Positions 51,822-64,000 are shown, numbered from the stretch's first letter. The stretch: 64,000 nucleotides of DNA from a virus (IMGVR_UViG_3300050336_000170:1-64000); one strand, 5' to 3'. Translations and numbers: made by a program. The notes: generated from the letters alone by a model not told the origin.

Positions 51822-54800
51822 TCATAACATATGTGATATATATTTCTTTTCAGCATATGTCAAATTTTCAAATAGTGGTCTGTATTTTTCATCTAATCTT
51901 ATAATTTTTTCAATTTGTTCATCTACTTGTGATACAACTTCATTTTTATAAGAATCATCGAAATATTTTGACATAAGTAGACATTCTCTCCTATCCTTAA
52001 TATCGTAAACATTTCTATATTCATTCCCATTAAATACTATTTCACGTACCATATCTTTTACGTCTTTTTTCGTATTATGAAAATGTCTTGAAAAATTTTC
52101 TACGTGATCTATATTTCCACCAGCATAATATTTTGAATAAAATTCTTTACCACATGAATCACATTTCATTGTAACACTCATAACCTTTTCTCCATTCAAA
52201 TCAAACATTTATCGTTATTTAAACTGAATAATATCATCATACACTTTCTTATCATATGTTATAAATTCTACATCTCGCTTACCTAGTGCCGTAAACCATA
52301 CGTGAAACCCCTCTGGTGCATCTATATGATACTGCATTTGCCAGATACGATAATTATTGTCAATCAATTTTTGTTTAATTTCATACCATTCTGCTACTGA
52401 TTTAAGGTCTTTCAGTAATACCACCACTTCCAAAATTGTTTTCTTTAAGACTATTGTACTTGTGGGCATTTGTTTTTTCAATATCAAGTTGAAAATTCTA
52501 CTTGCACACAAAAAGCGAAGTTTGTGAAGTTGTAGATAGTATACTGCTACACATTTATTACGTCAACCCGTTTTATTGGACAGTGATTTTTAATCGCTAA
52601 TTATCTGTATATCGTTTATGATTTTTTCACTAAATCCAACATCTTTTAAAAATTCTTTGAATTTATCTAGTAATATAGGCATTGTGCATTGTTGATTGTC
52701 ATCGATTATTGAGAATAACTTTTCATATTTAGCACCATTGTTGAGTTCACCTTTGAAATAAAAACATACTGTATACATTTTATCACACTCCTAGCAATAC
52801 AAATGCTTTTATCATTTGTAATAATTTTAAATGTTCAGGTTTTTCATCTCGCATTAACTCAGAATTAATTTGCATTTCCAAATCAACAAGTTCTTCAAGA
52901 TCATCAATGCATAACTTCAATTTATCTCTTGCATTATACTTTAATTCATCAATTTTACATGATGATGATAATATCGGAACGTAAAACATTTATATTCTCC
53001 TATATCATTAAGTATCTTTCTTCTCGATAATAAGCAATATCCTTGTAGAATTGTCTATCTGCTTTAGATTCACTATATTGACTGCAAGGATAAAAATAAG
53101 CACAACCATCATAAACATCTCGCCAATATTCTGTTACAATACCGTCTGGTGTAGTATGTTTAACCTTTGTCATATTCTTGACCTAGCCTCCATTACAATT
53201 TGTCTTGCTCTTCCCTCAGAGCATTTCATAGTCTTAGCCAATCCTGCTATTTTACGGTCTTCACTATAATAGCTTTTATCTAAATAACATATTGAACAGT
53301 ATTTGTTACCGTTTTCATCAATGTATTTTACTGTATGACCACATTTACATTTAACACCTTTTCTCATGCTAGGAGGAATAATGTCCATCATATCACCTTT
53401 CATATCTATTACTAATTTATTTTAATTGGCTTATACTCTATGTATACAAGCCTTTTGGCTTGTATTTCTAATACCCCTTTCTATATACTTTCTTGAGGTA
53501 TTTATAAAGTTTATTTACAAAGTGATAGACTGTATAGCCCATACACATATACGCAATAGCATTATATAAATCAAGCGAATTGAAGTATATATATCTTAAA
53601 AGTAATGTTACGTAAATCCAAACACTAAGAGATAGGATTCTCGCCTTTTTCATGAGTATCAACTCCAAAATATATTGTTTACTCTTTTATCATTCCCCAT
53701 TTCTTTTAAATAATTCACTCAATTTAGATTATCGCTTTCAATTAAATAGTAACTATAATGATCATCATCAAAAAACTTCATTATATCGTAACCTTTTTCT
53801 TGCAAGTTTGTTTTACTGTCACTTACATATACTTTATCAATATCTTGACCATTCTTTTGTAAATCTTCAATTACTGATTCATCAAAACCCCATTTTCGTA
53901 AAGTAACTTCAATATCTTCTTGTATAGAGTCAGTTAATTCAATAGTTGGCTCTGCTACAATATCTGCAAATTCATGTAATACTCCATACCCAAGCAATGC
54001 AGTTGCTATTAAACCTGCTGTTGTTATACACCCTGCAACTCGATAAGCTTTCAATTCCTCTCTAGGATTTGTGCATTGCCTCATTGTACCTAATGCAGAA
54101 CAACTTATTACTGTTTCTCCATTACCGTCTAATCCTCTTGATCTACATAACATACAACGTTTACATTCTGGTTTATCATAAAAAGAACATTTATATACAT
54201 AAACCATTACTATACACCTCTTAAATATTCATTCTAATTATACTGCCTTTTCTATCTTTAGTCTACCACAAACTTACAAAATATTCAATTGTGAGTGTCT
54301 ACACTTTTATTATACTTATCTTATGCAATTTTATGCGCTCGCTCTTCAAACCAATCTAGTAAATTCTCATATGCCTCTCCCTCTGTATCACCAGACACTA
54401 TAAAATTACCAAGACTATCATAGTATTCATAATGATCCATTACATGACGCAAAATATAATGCACTATATCACAGTTATATACACTCATACGGTTACTATC
54501 TCCTTTTCTTTTGTTTGATATGGTCTTACCTCTATAAATCTTAATCCATGCTGGTTACATTGATTCTCAGCCTTACAAGCGGCATTATAGATATCATAGC
54601 CATCTATCATAAAGTTATCATACCGGCCTGTACCATCCTGCCTACAAGCAGAATAATAAAACAACAATCCATTTTTAATTAACTGATTTATATTTATAAT
54701 ATTATTCATACGTATTATCCTTCCCGTAAATTTTTCAATGCTTCATTACAAATGCTAACAATTACGTCTTCTGCTTCTTGTGTCGTGATATTATCACTAT

Positions 54801-57314
54801 ACATTAACTCAAATTTGGCTGCTTCACGTGGTGTCATAAGATAAATAGCTATCCCATTGTAATATGTCTTTCTCATAATATATACTCCTTTTATTGTTAT
54901 CATTATATATTGTTTTATTATTTTGTCTTTAGTATATATTATGTTTTAGCTATGTATATGTGACTATTCTCTCTTAATACTTTTTATTATTTTAATCATA
55001 TCATTTTTATTGCCACAGGTTTGTAATACTCTAAACAATTGCATTGGTTTAATGTTTACCGGATATTCACTATTTATAATATTTTCTTTTGTTAAAAGCA
55101 TAATCAATCTCCTTCCAACAAGATAAAATATCTTTTCTATTTACTTTCTCTTCTTTTTTTGAGATCATATAGATGAGCCTTAAATGGTACTAATTCTTCT
55201 TCAGACGCTAATCTTATATTAATGTCAATTCCATTTGTCAAATCAATTTCAAGTTTTCCAATATCGTATCGTTCTCCATTTTCAGTATAATAAGAACTCA
55301 TACATGTGCCACTTTCCCAATAAAAATCTCTACCAATATATAGTATATTCTTTGTTATTATTTTATTTCCTTTCTCAATAAAACTGTTTTTCTATTGGGT
55401 TACTCCAAGAAAAGAACATAATTCATCATGAAATACATTCCCAGAATAATCATCCATACCCATTTCTCCTTTTGTAAAACGAAATTCTAATGCATCTAAT
55501 CTCGTCTCTTCAGGTTCCCATTGACCTTCAAGACCATAGCATGAACAATGTGATCCATTTACTTCATATAGCTTTCCGTCTTGCTCAAATAATACAAAAG
55601 CATCTCCTGAATAATTATCAGTGCCATATGCGGCAAATAGAACATTAATGTTGTCATATTTTTTAATTGCTTCAGTCATTTGTTTTTTCTTTTTGATCCA
55701 ATACGATTCATTTGTAAACGGTGCTTTATCTGCAAAATACTCTTCTTCTGTTAAATAGATATCTTCAAAATCACCAATCATATCTATTTTTGAATTCCAG
55801 TTATGTAAATATACTGACTCTTGATTAATAATTTCATTTAATGTTTTCATTCAATAACCTCCACAATATTTTTATTCATAATTAATATACTATCACAATC
55901 CCAACCATATAAGGCATAATATAACGAGTTTTCCCATTCGCTATTATCTTCACTTATGTGAATTTCAATTGCATCAACACCAGAAGCCAATATGCTTTCA
56001 AAATCAAGCCAATATTTATTTATTGAATCAAACCCAACAAGACTTTTATTTCTCGGCAACCCGCGCAAATCATCAACACTTCTTAAATGCAATACATTGG
56101 CATTATCTGAAAGTTTAAACTTAAAACTACATTCATCTTTACATTCTCCAAATTCTTCTGACTTACACCAATCTTTCCACCCATATTCCGCATCGATTGA
56201 TGAAGCCCATAATCCACCTCTTGGTTTTACAAAAGGTTTGTTTTCTATTTTATTAAACAAGGATTCATCAAAATGTGTATGCCCATAATGTATGTATTCC
56301 AAATTAATCACGCTCCCGCTTTAATTTTACCATAATTGTCAACCAAACTATTCTTTGGTTGTGTTATTAAATCGATCTTCACTGAATTGATATTGTTCAC
56401 AGTCATAAAGTTCATGTTTAATGTTTCTCTTATCACACTCTTGCATACAATTAGCGCAACAACAACAAACTAATTTGTTTTGGTAACGAATTGTCATTGT
56501 AATTTCTCCTTGTTTAATTCTAATATTCTTTCACATATTTTTCTTATACCAGTGTTATAACCACTGTCCCATTCATCGACTAACTTCTGTTCTTCTAATG
56601 TTAGTTCATCACGCCATTCCTGCGTCCATTCATCATTGGTTTCATCTGACCAATATTCATACATTTCATCTTCTCTTTGAGTTGAAATCATTTTAATTCA
56701 CCTTATTTAACCATTCTTGAAATTCATATCTATCAGGTTCAAATGCTCTATCTATATCTCTTTGTGATGCAACCATTTCATAACAACCAAATTGATTATA
56801 TTGAACATACAATTTTTCATCGATTTTTAAAAAACTTGATCCACAATCAGTTATAAATCTATCAGACAAACAACTATTACAAACGGATATGCCGTAACAA
56901 CTTGAACTAAATCCATTATCTTCGGATAGTCTAATGTTTTTATCGTTTGATGTTTCTGTGTTGCATATTTTACAATTATACATTTTATAATTCTCCTTAC
57001 CAAATTTAGCTTTTATCTGTTATTACACTTTTTAATAATTTGTTAATAAGTTTTCTAGTTTCTTTCTTATTAACTATCTTATCTATATGATCAATGGTTT
57101 TGTATCCTTTACTAAATTCCCATTCAAAATCTTCATTTGACATTGCTCTAATATCTCCTGTTTCATCTTCATTCCAAACGACATATTTGTTTAGATCAAA
57201 CATTGATAAAAAACATTGCTCTGACATTAATTCTGGTTTCGATTCAATTGTTTGTGCTAAAATTTTGTGTATGACTATCGCTATAGAACAACCAAGTATT
57301 GTAATAATAATCAT
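51822..57314 (-). CDS. Run of small hypothetical phage ORFs (incl. 55392..55850 and 55847..56311)
   Basis: Consecutive ORFs with SDs; GSHCSCYGLEGQW and KPRGGLWAS...GWDCDS segments resemble conserved phage proteins of unknown function. Confidence 0.6.
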
Positions 57315-57340
57315 TTTTTATATAACCTCCAATACTTTAT

Positions 57341-57892
57341 TTAATTAATATCTTCGGTAATTGATAATGCAGTTTTGCTTATCCACACTGGCACATCACG
57401 CTTAGTCCACTTAAATAAATGCTGTTTATCGCCTTTGTAGTAGTTTCTGTATGCTGTTACAGCATCCCTGTCATAATATTGTATTGGCATTGCTTGAACG
57501 AATGGTGTTAAGCCGATAGATGGTAAACTAATATCAATACGTCCATCAATAAATTTAAAATAGCTGCCATGATCCTGCGTGTGACCGCCTCTGTATTTCC
57601 ACTCATCGTTAAGAGTTTCTAACATTGAAAATAGATAATCATAATTCTGTTGTGATTCTCTTACCCACTTATTGCAAGGATGATTAACATGTGTCGGCTT
57701 TATAGTTGGTGTGCATTTTGAATATAGTGTTTTAAACTTTTCAATATCTCTTACCGTAACTATATATCCTGTCTGTATATAGATTGCGGTTGATAACATC
57801 TGAGCATATTCACTTATCATTTTATTAACGTGTTTATCCGTATAATATTGAGCATTTTTATTTAAGTCATAATCAAGTACAAATATATTCAT
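57341..57892 (-). CDS. Pyrimidine-dimer DNA glycosylase-like protein
   Basis: MNIFVLD...DKHVNKMISEYAQMLSTA...PTHVNHPCNKWVRES...QAMP...AVTAYRNYY. Confidence 0.7.
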   Translation of the reverse strand: MNIFVLDYDLNKNAQYYTDKHVNKMISEYAQMLSTAIYIQTGYIVTVRDIEKFKTLYSKCTPTIKPTHVNHPCNKWVRESQQNYDYLFSMLETLNDEWKYRGGHTQDHGSYFKFIDGRIDISLPSIGLTPFVQAMPIQYYDRDAVTAYRNYYKGDKQHLFKWTKRDVPVWISKTALSITEDIN

Positions 57893-58039
57893 GGCTTTGC
57901 TCTTGTTCCTGTATATCCGTACATATCACAGTATGTTGGTATGTTTAGATAAGCAATTTTAAATAGCCATTTTGGTACAGATATGAACTTCCCGAATAAT
58001 TCAACTTGATATATTTGTGCTTTCATTTTATTTCACCTT

Positions 58040-58267
58040 TCAATAAATGGATAAAAGAGTTATTTCATCTTGTTTTAATTTCGTTAATCCTATTGGGCAA
58101 ACATCCGCAGGATAATCATGTTTGTAACAAACCATAGGTCTTTCAGACTTATAATATATAGAACATAAATTTTTATCTGTTAAATATTGACATCTAACAC
58201 CTGCTCTTTTATTTATTTCTGGAATTTCAAATCTAATACAACAATCTCCGCAATGTAAACATTTCAT
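58040..58267 (-). CDS. YkgJ-like cysteine-cluster protein
   Basis: CxxCGDCC...CxxL...CSIY...RPxVC pattern. Confidence 0.7.
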   Translation of the reverse strand: MKCLHCGDCCIRFEIPEINKRAGVRCQYLTDKNLCSIYYKSERPMVCYKHDYPADVCPIGLTKLKQDEITLLSIY

Positions 58268-60958
58268 AGTTTTTATCTACTCTGTACTGAATTATTAAAA
58301 ACTCTTTCAACACATCCAGCGGCATTTACTAAGTCCTCAAACCAACAATTAGCTTTTGAACTAAAACAAACATCATCATATTTATCTTCCGCTTTTAAAA
58401 TAATATCATGTACAATTGCTAAATGACTAGCTATACGTTCTGTGTCCTTTTTACTTAATTCTTTCATAATCTGTTCTCCTAATCTATTGACACACAATAA
58501 TGACCTGTCAACTCGTCAACTTCTTCGCTTCTTTCATCTTCTGCTGGATCATAATATCCAGTCATAACATCACTAAAATCCATTGATTCAAACAAATCTG
58601 CCAATACATTGATTGCATTTTCATCTTTAGAAAGTATTTCATAGCCTGTAGCGAAAAACTTTTTACCTTCTGTTGGGTGTTTAGGTAAAGTGTTGGTTAT
58701 TTCTGTCCATAAATTATTCATCATTTCTTTTATTTCCTTTCTTAATAAGTAGATGAAATAGTTGTTTGATCAGTCTTCAATATCTGTTATCACTGTTACA
58801 AGTTTCGGTACTAAATTTTCACACTCTTTGGAAAACATTTGTTTATACGCTCCGTTGCTTTCTCCCCCATTGTAAAGTTTCTCAATTTCTTCTAAGTTCT
58901 TAAAATGTTCACAGTTATTAAAATCATTGCTAAACCACGGATAACCACCGCTATATTTATCAATTCCAAAATACTTTCTTGTTATTTTATCCTGTAAAAC
59001 ATAATATCCTGTTATTGTTCTCAATGTTTATTTTCCTTTCTATATAGAATTATTACTCACAATAATTCCTCTCATCAAATAATAGATTTATCTGCTACCA
59101 CGCGCATACATTTTTGTTAATACAACAAAAGTTCCAAGGACTAATGCCGCTGTTAAACCAATTTGTAAAAGCAAAGTATTCCATGTCCAAATAAAAGCTA
59201 TAATAAATCCTAAAAATAATGTAAGTAATACCGCAAAAATTAATCCTATAACAAAAGTTGAAAAATCATCATTCATAAATGCACCACCAAATATCTGTTT
59301 TATAGACTATTCAAAATTAAACTGTTTAAGCAATTGACCTCTTGCCCATCGTTTCGCATATTCTCTTGCTATTATACTTGTATATTCATCTCTTGTTATA
59401 AGTCCTTTAATATAAGAGTCTGTTACTCTTTTAATAAATTCTTCCATTTTAATTCTCCTTACCAAATATGTATTTTATCAACCAATATTTTTTATTAATT
59501 CTAAATATTCATTTCTACTTAATATATCAACTGGTTTATCCCAATATTCAATTCTAACATTTCCATTATGTGAAAATCCGATAAGTTTTATTTTGTTATC
59601 GTTCATTAATTTGTTTGATAATATATCAACACTTTCAACTTTATTATTCAATCAGATTCAATCCTTTCATATTTCTCTGTGTTTTCAATCCATTTATATG
59701 CTTGATTATCAGTATCAAATAATGGCATATTCATATTTAATTCATATGGTTTTTCGCCAAAAAGACTTGTTTCAAAAGCATATTTCCCAATGCCAAGTAA
59801 GCGCAATCTTGCTGTTTGTATACATTTATCATCAACTGATCGTCTGTAAATGATATTATTCAAAATAATTCCTCCAAACCAAATGTGTTTTTCATTGTAC
59901 TATGATGAATCTTTGCATTTCTTCATTTAATTCAAAGTATTTAATTAGGTCATCCCATTTAACCCACGCAAGCGAAGAATTAGATATTTCATAAGATACA
60001 GCACCCCATATGTCATATGCTTTATCATGAATTCTATAAGTTTCTCCTGCCTTATAATGTGCGATAAAAAATGTACAATCTTTTTTACAAGTAATAAACC
60101 ATTCCCCAAAATATTTTGGATTGTTAATTCTGGTACCTTCATACTCTTGCTGTATAGCTTCCGAAAGATTATTACTATATTTCATTTCAAAATCTCCTTA
60201 GAATATCATGTTTACTCATATGAGATTGTATTATCACTAAAATTCAACACAATACCATTAGCTAGATGAAAATTCTGTTTATTCTTTTTGCAAACTGTAA
60301 GAGTATAAAGTAATTTTTTATACTTGTTCATTAATTTCCGTTTAATAAGATTCATTTTTAATTCTCCCTCTGCCTGTTAGGTCAACCAAATTTAGATTTT
60401 GTCTTGTTTAATTTTATTTAATCAACATTTTCGTTTAGGAAGAATAAACTATTACTCTTCCTTTTCTATATTACCAATCTGCATTTCAACATCCATTTTT
60501 ATGGAGTCAAGAATTAAAGTAAGCATTGTAATTCTTATTTGTTTAAATATATGTTTATACCAATCTTTACAATCAAACAATTCTTGAACATATTTTTCAT
60601 GATCTGGATATGTTTCATCTTGATATGGAGATAATGCAATTTCCCAATCTCCACCTAAATCATGTTCAATTTTTTCATCATCTCCATACCAAGAGTGTAA
60701 AACTACCTCTTTATTTCCATACCAGTTGCATTCTAATACATCTCCCAATTCAGATGTATAAACATAAATTCCGTCATCATCTTCATTTTCAAAATTGTAT
60801 TTGTTATTTAGTTCGTTAAAAACTTCTTCATAACAAATAAAACTATCATATTCTTCGCTGTATGCCAATCCTTGTTCATTGCTTAATATCTCTTTGCTGT
60901 TTTCATCCTCTGGCATAATATACATTAATTTTTTCATTGTTGTTTATCCTTTCTTAAA

Positions 60959-61510
60959 TTAAACTGTTTTCTTTGCCCTGTTACTAATACACCAGATTAA
61001 AACATCTTTACTTACTTTTGCTTTGGCATCGTTGATATCATTTGCCACAATATAAACCATAAGCGATCTTAAATGTGCTGCTCTGTTATCCTTACCCTGT
61101 ATATAGTCCTCTGCCATGTCAACATCAATTGTTGCAAAATCAATATCTTTAAGTGATTCAAGAAAATTACCAATAGTAGCTTTGTATGTTGCCCACGATG
61201 CAGGATTGATTGATTTTTCAAAAGCGTCATAATATTTCTGATTGTTTTCATTAAGATTGAATGACTTTACATGACGCTCAATCATTGCAGTATATTTTTC
61301 TGTATGCTCAATATTAAACTTACGATCAAAATGCGTAGTATCAAGCTGAAGAGCGTTAATGTGTTCTCTGATTAACTTCCGTGTTGTGCCTACTGTAGCA
61401 TTAAAATCTAATGCTTTGCATACTCCATCAAGATTCTTACTGTTCTGTACTGCATTTATAAAGTTATCTTTATTGACTGTTCTGCGTCCGATAGATAATA
61501 ATTCATTCAT
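60959..61510 (-). CDS. DNA-binding protein: N-terminal HTH-like plus integrase core-binding (SAM-like) domain, no catalytic domain
   Basis: FINAVQNSKNLDGVCKAL; SWATYKATIGNFLESL..IDFATIDVDMAEDYI...NRAAHLRSLMVYI resembles the tyrosine-recombinase CB domain. Confidence 0.45.
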   Translation of the reverse strand: MNELLSIGRRTVNKDNFINAVQNSKNLDGVCKALDFNATVGTTRKLIREHINALQLDTTHFDRKFNIEHTEKYTAMIERHVKSFNLNENNQKYYDAFEKSINPASWATYKATIGNFLESLKDIDFATIDVDMAEDYIQGKDNRAAHLRSLMVYIVANDINDAKAKVSKDVLIWCISNRAKKTV

Positions 61511-61838
61511 GGTAATAACTCCTTTATATTATATATTATACCGCCTTGGAACGGATCACACAATACCATAGTGTGAGGGCATTATGGGGAACTATTGCTC
61601 CCCATCCTCTGCATTAGTCTCTAGTACAAAATACTTTCCTGACAGAATAATGTCTAACTTTATTTCAGTATCGATATTGATATTTGTACCCAATTTCCAT
61701 ATTTCATCAATATCAATTTCATTTGTATGACAGCTTACTAATACTTTGTTTCCTTCCTGTAGTGCCTTGAATGCTTTATCAATTTTTACAGGCTTCAACC
61801 GTTCACCCCCTTACCCTATGTATCCTGTTTACATTACT

Positions 61839-61867
61839 ATTATATGCTGATTGTTTTGTTTTGTCTA
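61839..61867 (-). promoter_or_regulatory. Sigma-A promoter
   Basis: TAGACA-17-TATAAT on the minus strand. Confidence 0.65.
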
Positions 61868-61896
61868 GTTTATTTTATTTAATTTGTATATAAAGT

Positions 61897-63180
61897 TTAA
61901 GCGGTTTTATTGGTTACTATGCTACCTGTTTGCTTAATAGCATTGCGAATATTAAATACAATGTCATATACTTTTTGACTTCCTGTACCATTTTTGCTTT
62001 TCCAATAACGATAACTTACACCACCGTATTCTGTTATGGTACATTCAGCCAATGTGTTTAGTATCCAACCTCTTGTGCGAATTGGAATATTTATATTATA
62101 TTTGTCTGCTAGTTTTACAATCAAATTACCTCCGTTAATTGTTCCACCATTTAATATGATATTTTCTGTTGATTTAATCATTTCATTCTCTTGTCTTGCC
62201 TGTTCGTCTGCTTCTATTTTCTTTTTCTTTTCACGTTCTTCTTTTTTAATGGCTTCTTCCTGCTGTTTAATTGCTTTAATTTTTGCACTAATTTCAACGC
62301 ATTTATCTAATTCTTTTAAGAAAGCTGCACCGTGAAAATCTGCAAACTTCCCATTGTTGTCTCTTGCATCAATATATTGTGCTATACAACGATCAATGCC
62401 TAATTTAAGAAATTCAGCCTGTAACTGTTCGTTATTACCGTGTTCAGAAATAAATGCTTCTTCTTTTGCTGTTTGTTCTTCTACTAATGGTTTATATTCC
62501 TCATAGTTTTTACCTTTATAAATGTCATGAAATATTTTCTCACGATTTTCAGAACCATGATAGAATTCTTGAATTAAATATTCATAATTACTTCTCTGTT
62601 TTAAATCATATTCTGTATAACCAAAAGACACAAGATAATCATTTGTTTCAATCATATAATAATACTTGTCATCATCATTTTTTGCGTATTCTTTATCGGG
62701 TTTTCCTGCACTAATCCACAACGGATAGTCTATACCGTCACAAGAAAGTGTTTTTACATATTTTGCCCTGATCCGTTTTCCATCGCGGTTAAACATACCA
62801 TTAATAAAAAGAGGCTTCATAAGTTTTGCATGTTCCTCTATTTCTTTTTCATCAGTATGAAACACTTCATTTTTTGTTTCTTCTGGTTTTGTATAACGTG
62901 GAGATAGTCCATATTTTTCTACAGCACTTTCAATCATTGCATGAAATTTTTCAATACCATAATTTTTAAATGCTTCTTCAAATTTATTAGTATCACATAC
63001 GCCCAAACCGCTTTTGCCTTCTGTTAGTTTCCCATCAATTTCAAATAAATCTAGTCCATATGAATTATGAAATATTTTTGCATTTTGTACTGGTTCAAAC
63101 TTATGCATCGTTTTACCGTTTTCATCTTTTCCAATGTTCTTTAATATGTAACAAACATTACTATGTTTCTGTTCAGTCAT
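61897..63180 (-). CDS. Hypothetical 427-aa phage protein
   Basis: Long ORF with a charged coiled-coil segment near the C-terminus; no family recognised. Confidence 0.75.
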   Translation of the reverse strand: MTEQKHSNVCYILKNIGKDENGKTMHKFEPVQNAKIFHNSYGLDLFEIDGKLTEGKSGLGVCDTNKFEEAFKNYGIEKFHAMIESAVEKYGLSPRYTKPEETKNEVFHTDEKEIEEHAKLMKPLFINGMFNRDGKRIRAKYVKTLSCDGIDYPLWISAGKPDKEYAKNDDDKYYYMIETNDYLVSFGYTEYDLKQRSNYEYLIQEFYHGSENREKIFHDIYKGKNYEEYKPLVEEQTAKEEAFISEHGNNEQLQAEFLKLGIDRCIAQYIDARDNNGKFADFHGAAFLKELDKCVEISAKIKAIKQQEEAIKKEEREKKKKIEADEQARQENEMIKSTENIILNGGTINGGNLIVKLADKYNINIPIRTRGWILNTLAECTITEYGGVSYRYWKSKNGTGSQKVYDIVFNIRNAIKQTGSIVTNKTA

Positions 63181-63187
63181 TTTAATA

Positions 63188-63463
63188 TTACCTTCCTACT
63201 CCAATAAATAGTTTATGCTTGCCCCATTTTATAATTTTAAAATCTACCTTGTCTAATGTTTGTACTAAATCTTTTATATTCCGTCTAACTTCAGATATTG
63301 ACGGAGCAATGCAGCAATCAACTAAAATTTTAGGTAAGAATCTTTCATTTGTGAATACCGTCATGTCCTTTTCTGTTTGTTTCCAATCATCCATATCAAA
63401 AGCAAACAATACAGAGGGATGAACGAGTAAATCACCTATAACAACATTTTCTATATGCTTCAT
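63188..63463 (-). CDS. Stand-alone S4-like domain resembling the TyrRS C-terminus
   Basis: LPKILVDCCIAPSISEVRRNI...IIKWGKHKLFI resembles TyrRS LxxxLVxxxLAxSxSEARRxI...LRxGKKxF. Confidence 0.55.
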   Translation of the reverse strand: MKHIENVVIGDLLVHPSVLFAFDMDDWKQTEKDMTVFTNERFLPKILVDCCIAPSISEVRRNIKDLVQTLDKVDFKIIKWGKHKLFIGVGR

Positions 63464-64000
63464 GTTAACCTCATTTTTCTATTAAATCATTAATTCCATT
63501 AAATATTTTCGACATAATTGATTGATACTTGATATTGGCTTTTTCTTTTGCTTCTTCCATAGTGCAAAGAATAAAGTCGGCTTGTAATTGATCATTAATG
63601 TAATATGAATAATAATATTTATCATCATAGTTTATGGCAGGAATAGAAATAGTAAAAGATATTGATTTAACAAAAGGTATATTGATTATCGCTTCATAAC
63701 CACTCAATTCTCCTTTAAAGTATTTTTCATACCAATTCAAGTTTTTGAAAATCATTTTGTGTTTACTCCTTATCAATATATTGTATTCTTTCGCTGTTTA
63801 TATACTACATCTTGACGCAAAATCACCATAAAATTGCCGTTTTATCGTGGTATCTTTATACAATCAGGATGACAACCATAATATTCTATTCCATATGCAA
63901 TTACATCATATCTCTCAAAATCTTCGTCATGATATCCTGCACGTTTACCAATTACTTCACCATAAATCCATTCACTTTCTTTGATTTTTGAATTATATAC

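Larger units (their letters stand above)
49405..63845. repeat. Array 3 of junction palindromes AYVAAA-N6-TTTBRT (about 17 copies)
   Basis: Starts: 49405, 49684, 49921, 50213, 51792, 52195, 55123, 55378, 56999, 58051, 58753, 59074, 59286, 59461, 59878, 60385, 63828. Confidence 0.85.
1..64000 (-). mobile_element. Segment of a large SPbeta-like Firmicutes phage/prophage (early, replication and accessory regions)
   Basis: Dense co-oriented small ORFs with Firmicutes-type SD sites; phage-type replication cluster (SSB-like, AAA ATPase, DnaB, primase, DnaE), ATP-dependent ligase, tRNAs, integrase-fold repressor; no host housekeeping operons. No att ends or structural genes in the window. Confidence 0.85.

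Noticed and set aside
1588-60282. Short-spacer variants of the junction site (1588, 4073, 10287, 28495, 60266)
   Set aside because: Spacer is not 6 bp; possibly decayed sites, so excluded from the counts.
2987-63422. Most plus-strand ORFs in the track (e.g. 2987..3301, 4628..4912, 21503..21847, 51525..51725, 62036..62335)
   Set aside because: Antisense shadows of well-supported minus-strand genes, without SDs; only 39907..40191 has a promoter, SD and terminator.
18-63845. Junction palindromes as a CRISPR array or as terminators
   Set aside because: Units are whole genes of variable length, repeats are degenerate, no cas operon is present, and the AT-only arms often cannot pair.
1-64000. Stop-codon reassignment
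   Set aside because: Long genes are intact in code 11, and TGA, TAG and TAA all occur as normal stops.

Overview
AT-rich segment of a large Firmicutes (probably clostridial) phage or prophage with SPbeta-like organisation; almost all genes are on the minus strand. It contains a replication core at 15.1-28.0 kb (RecD2-like helicase, DnaE, PD-(D/E)XK nuclease, HNH endonuclease, primase, DnaB-like helicase, AAA ATPase, SSB-like protein). A probable lysis/lysogeny control block lies at 43.7-48.1 kb (orphan MazF, DGxHR/DndB-like protein, catalytically degenerate integrase-fold protein, RHH gene with antisense RNAs). There are also three tRNAs with non-canonical elbows, a tnpB module, and long arrays of small hypothetical ORFs. 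The main unexplained signal is an 18-bp quasi-palindrome, AYVAAA-N6-TTTBRT (variable 6-bp spacer). I counted about 70 copies by eye, nearly all at gene junctions in the small-gene arrays and none at junctions in the replication core or control block. This looks like an integron-like cassette array delimited by tyrosine-recombinase-type sites. Several conserved genes also appear to start at ATA or CTG codons. All calls are from visual reading only, with no database searches.
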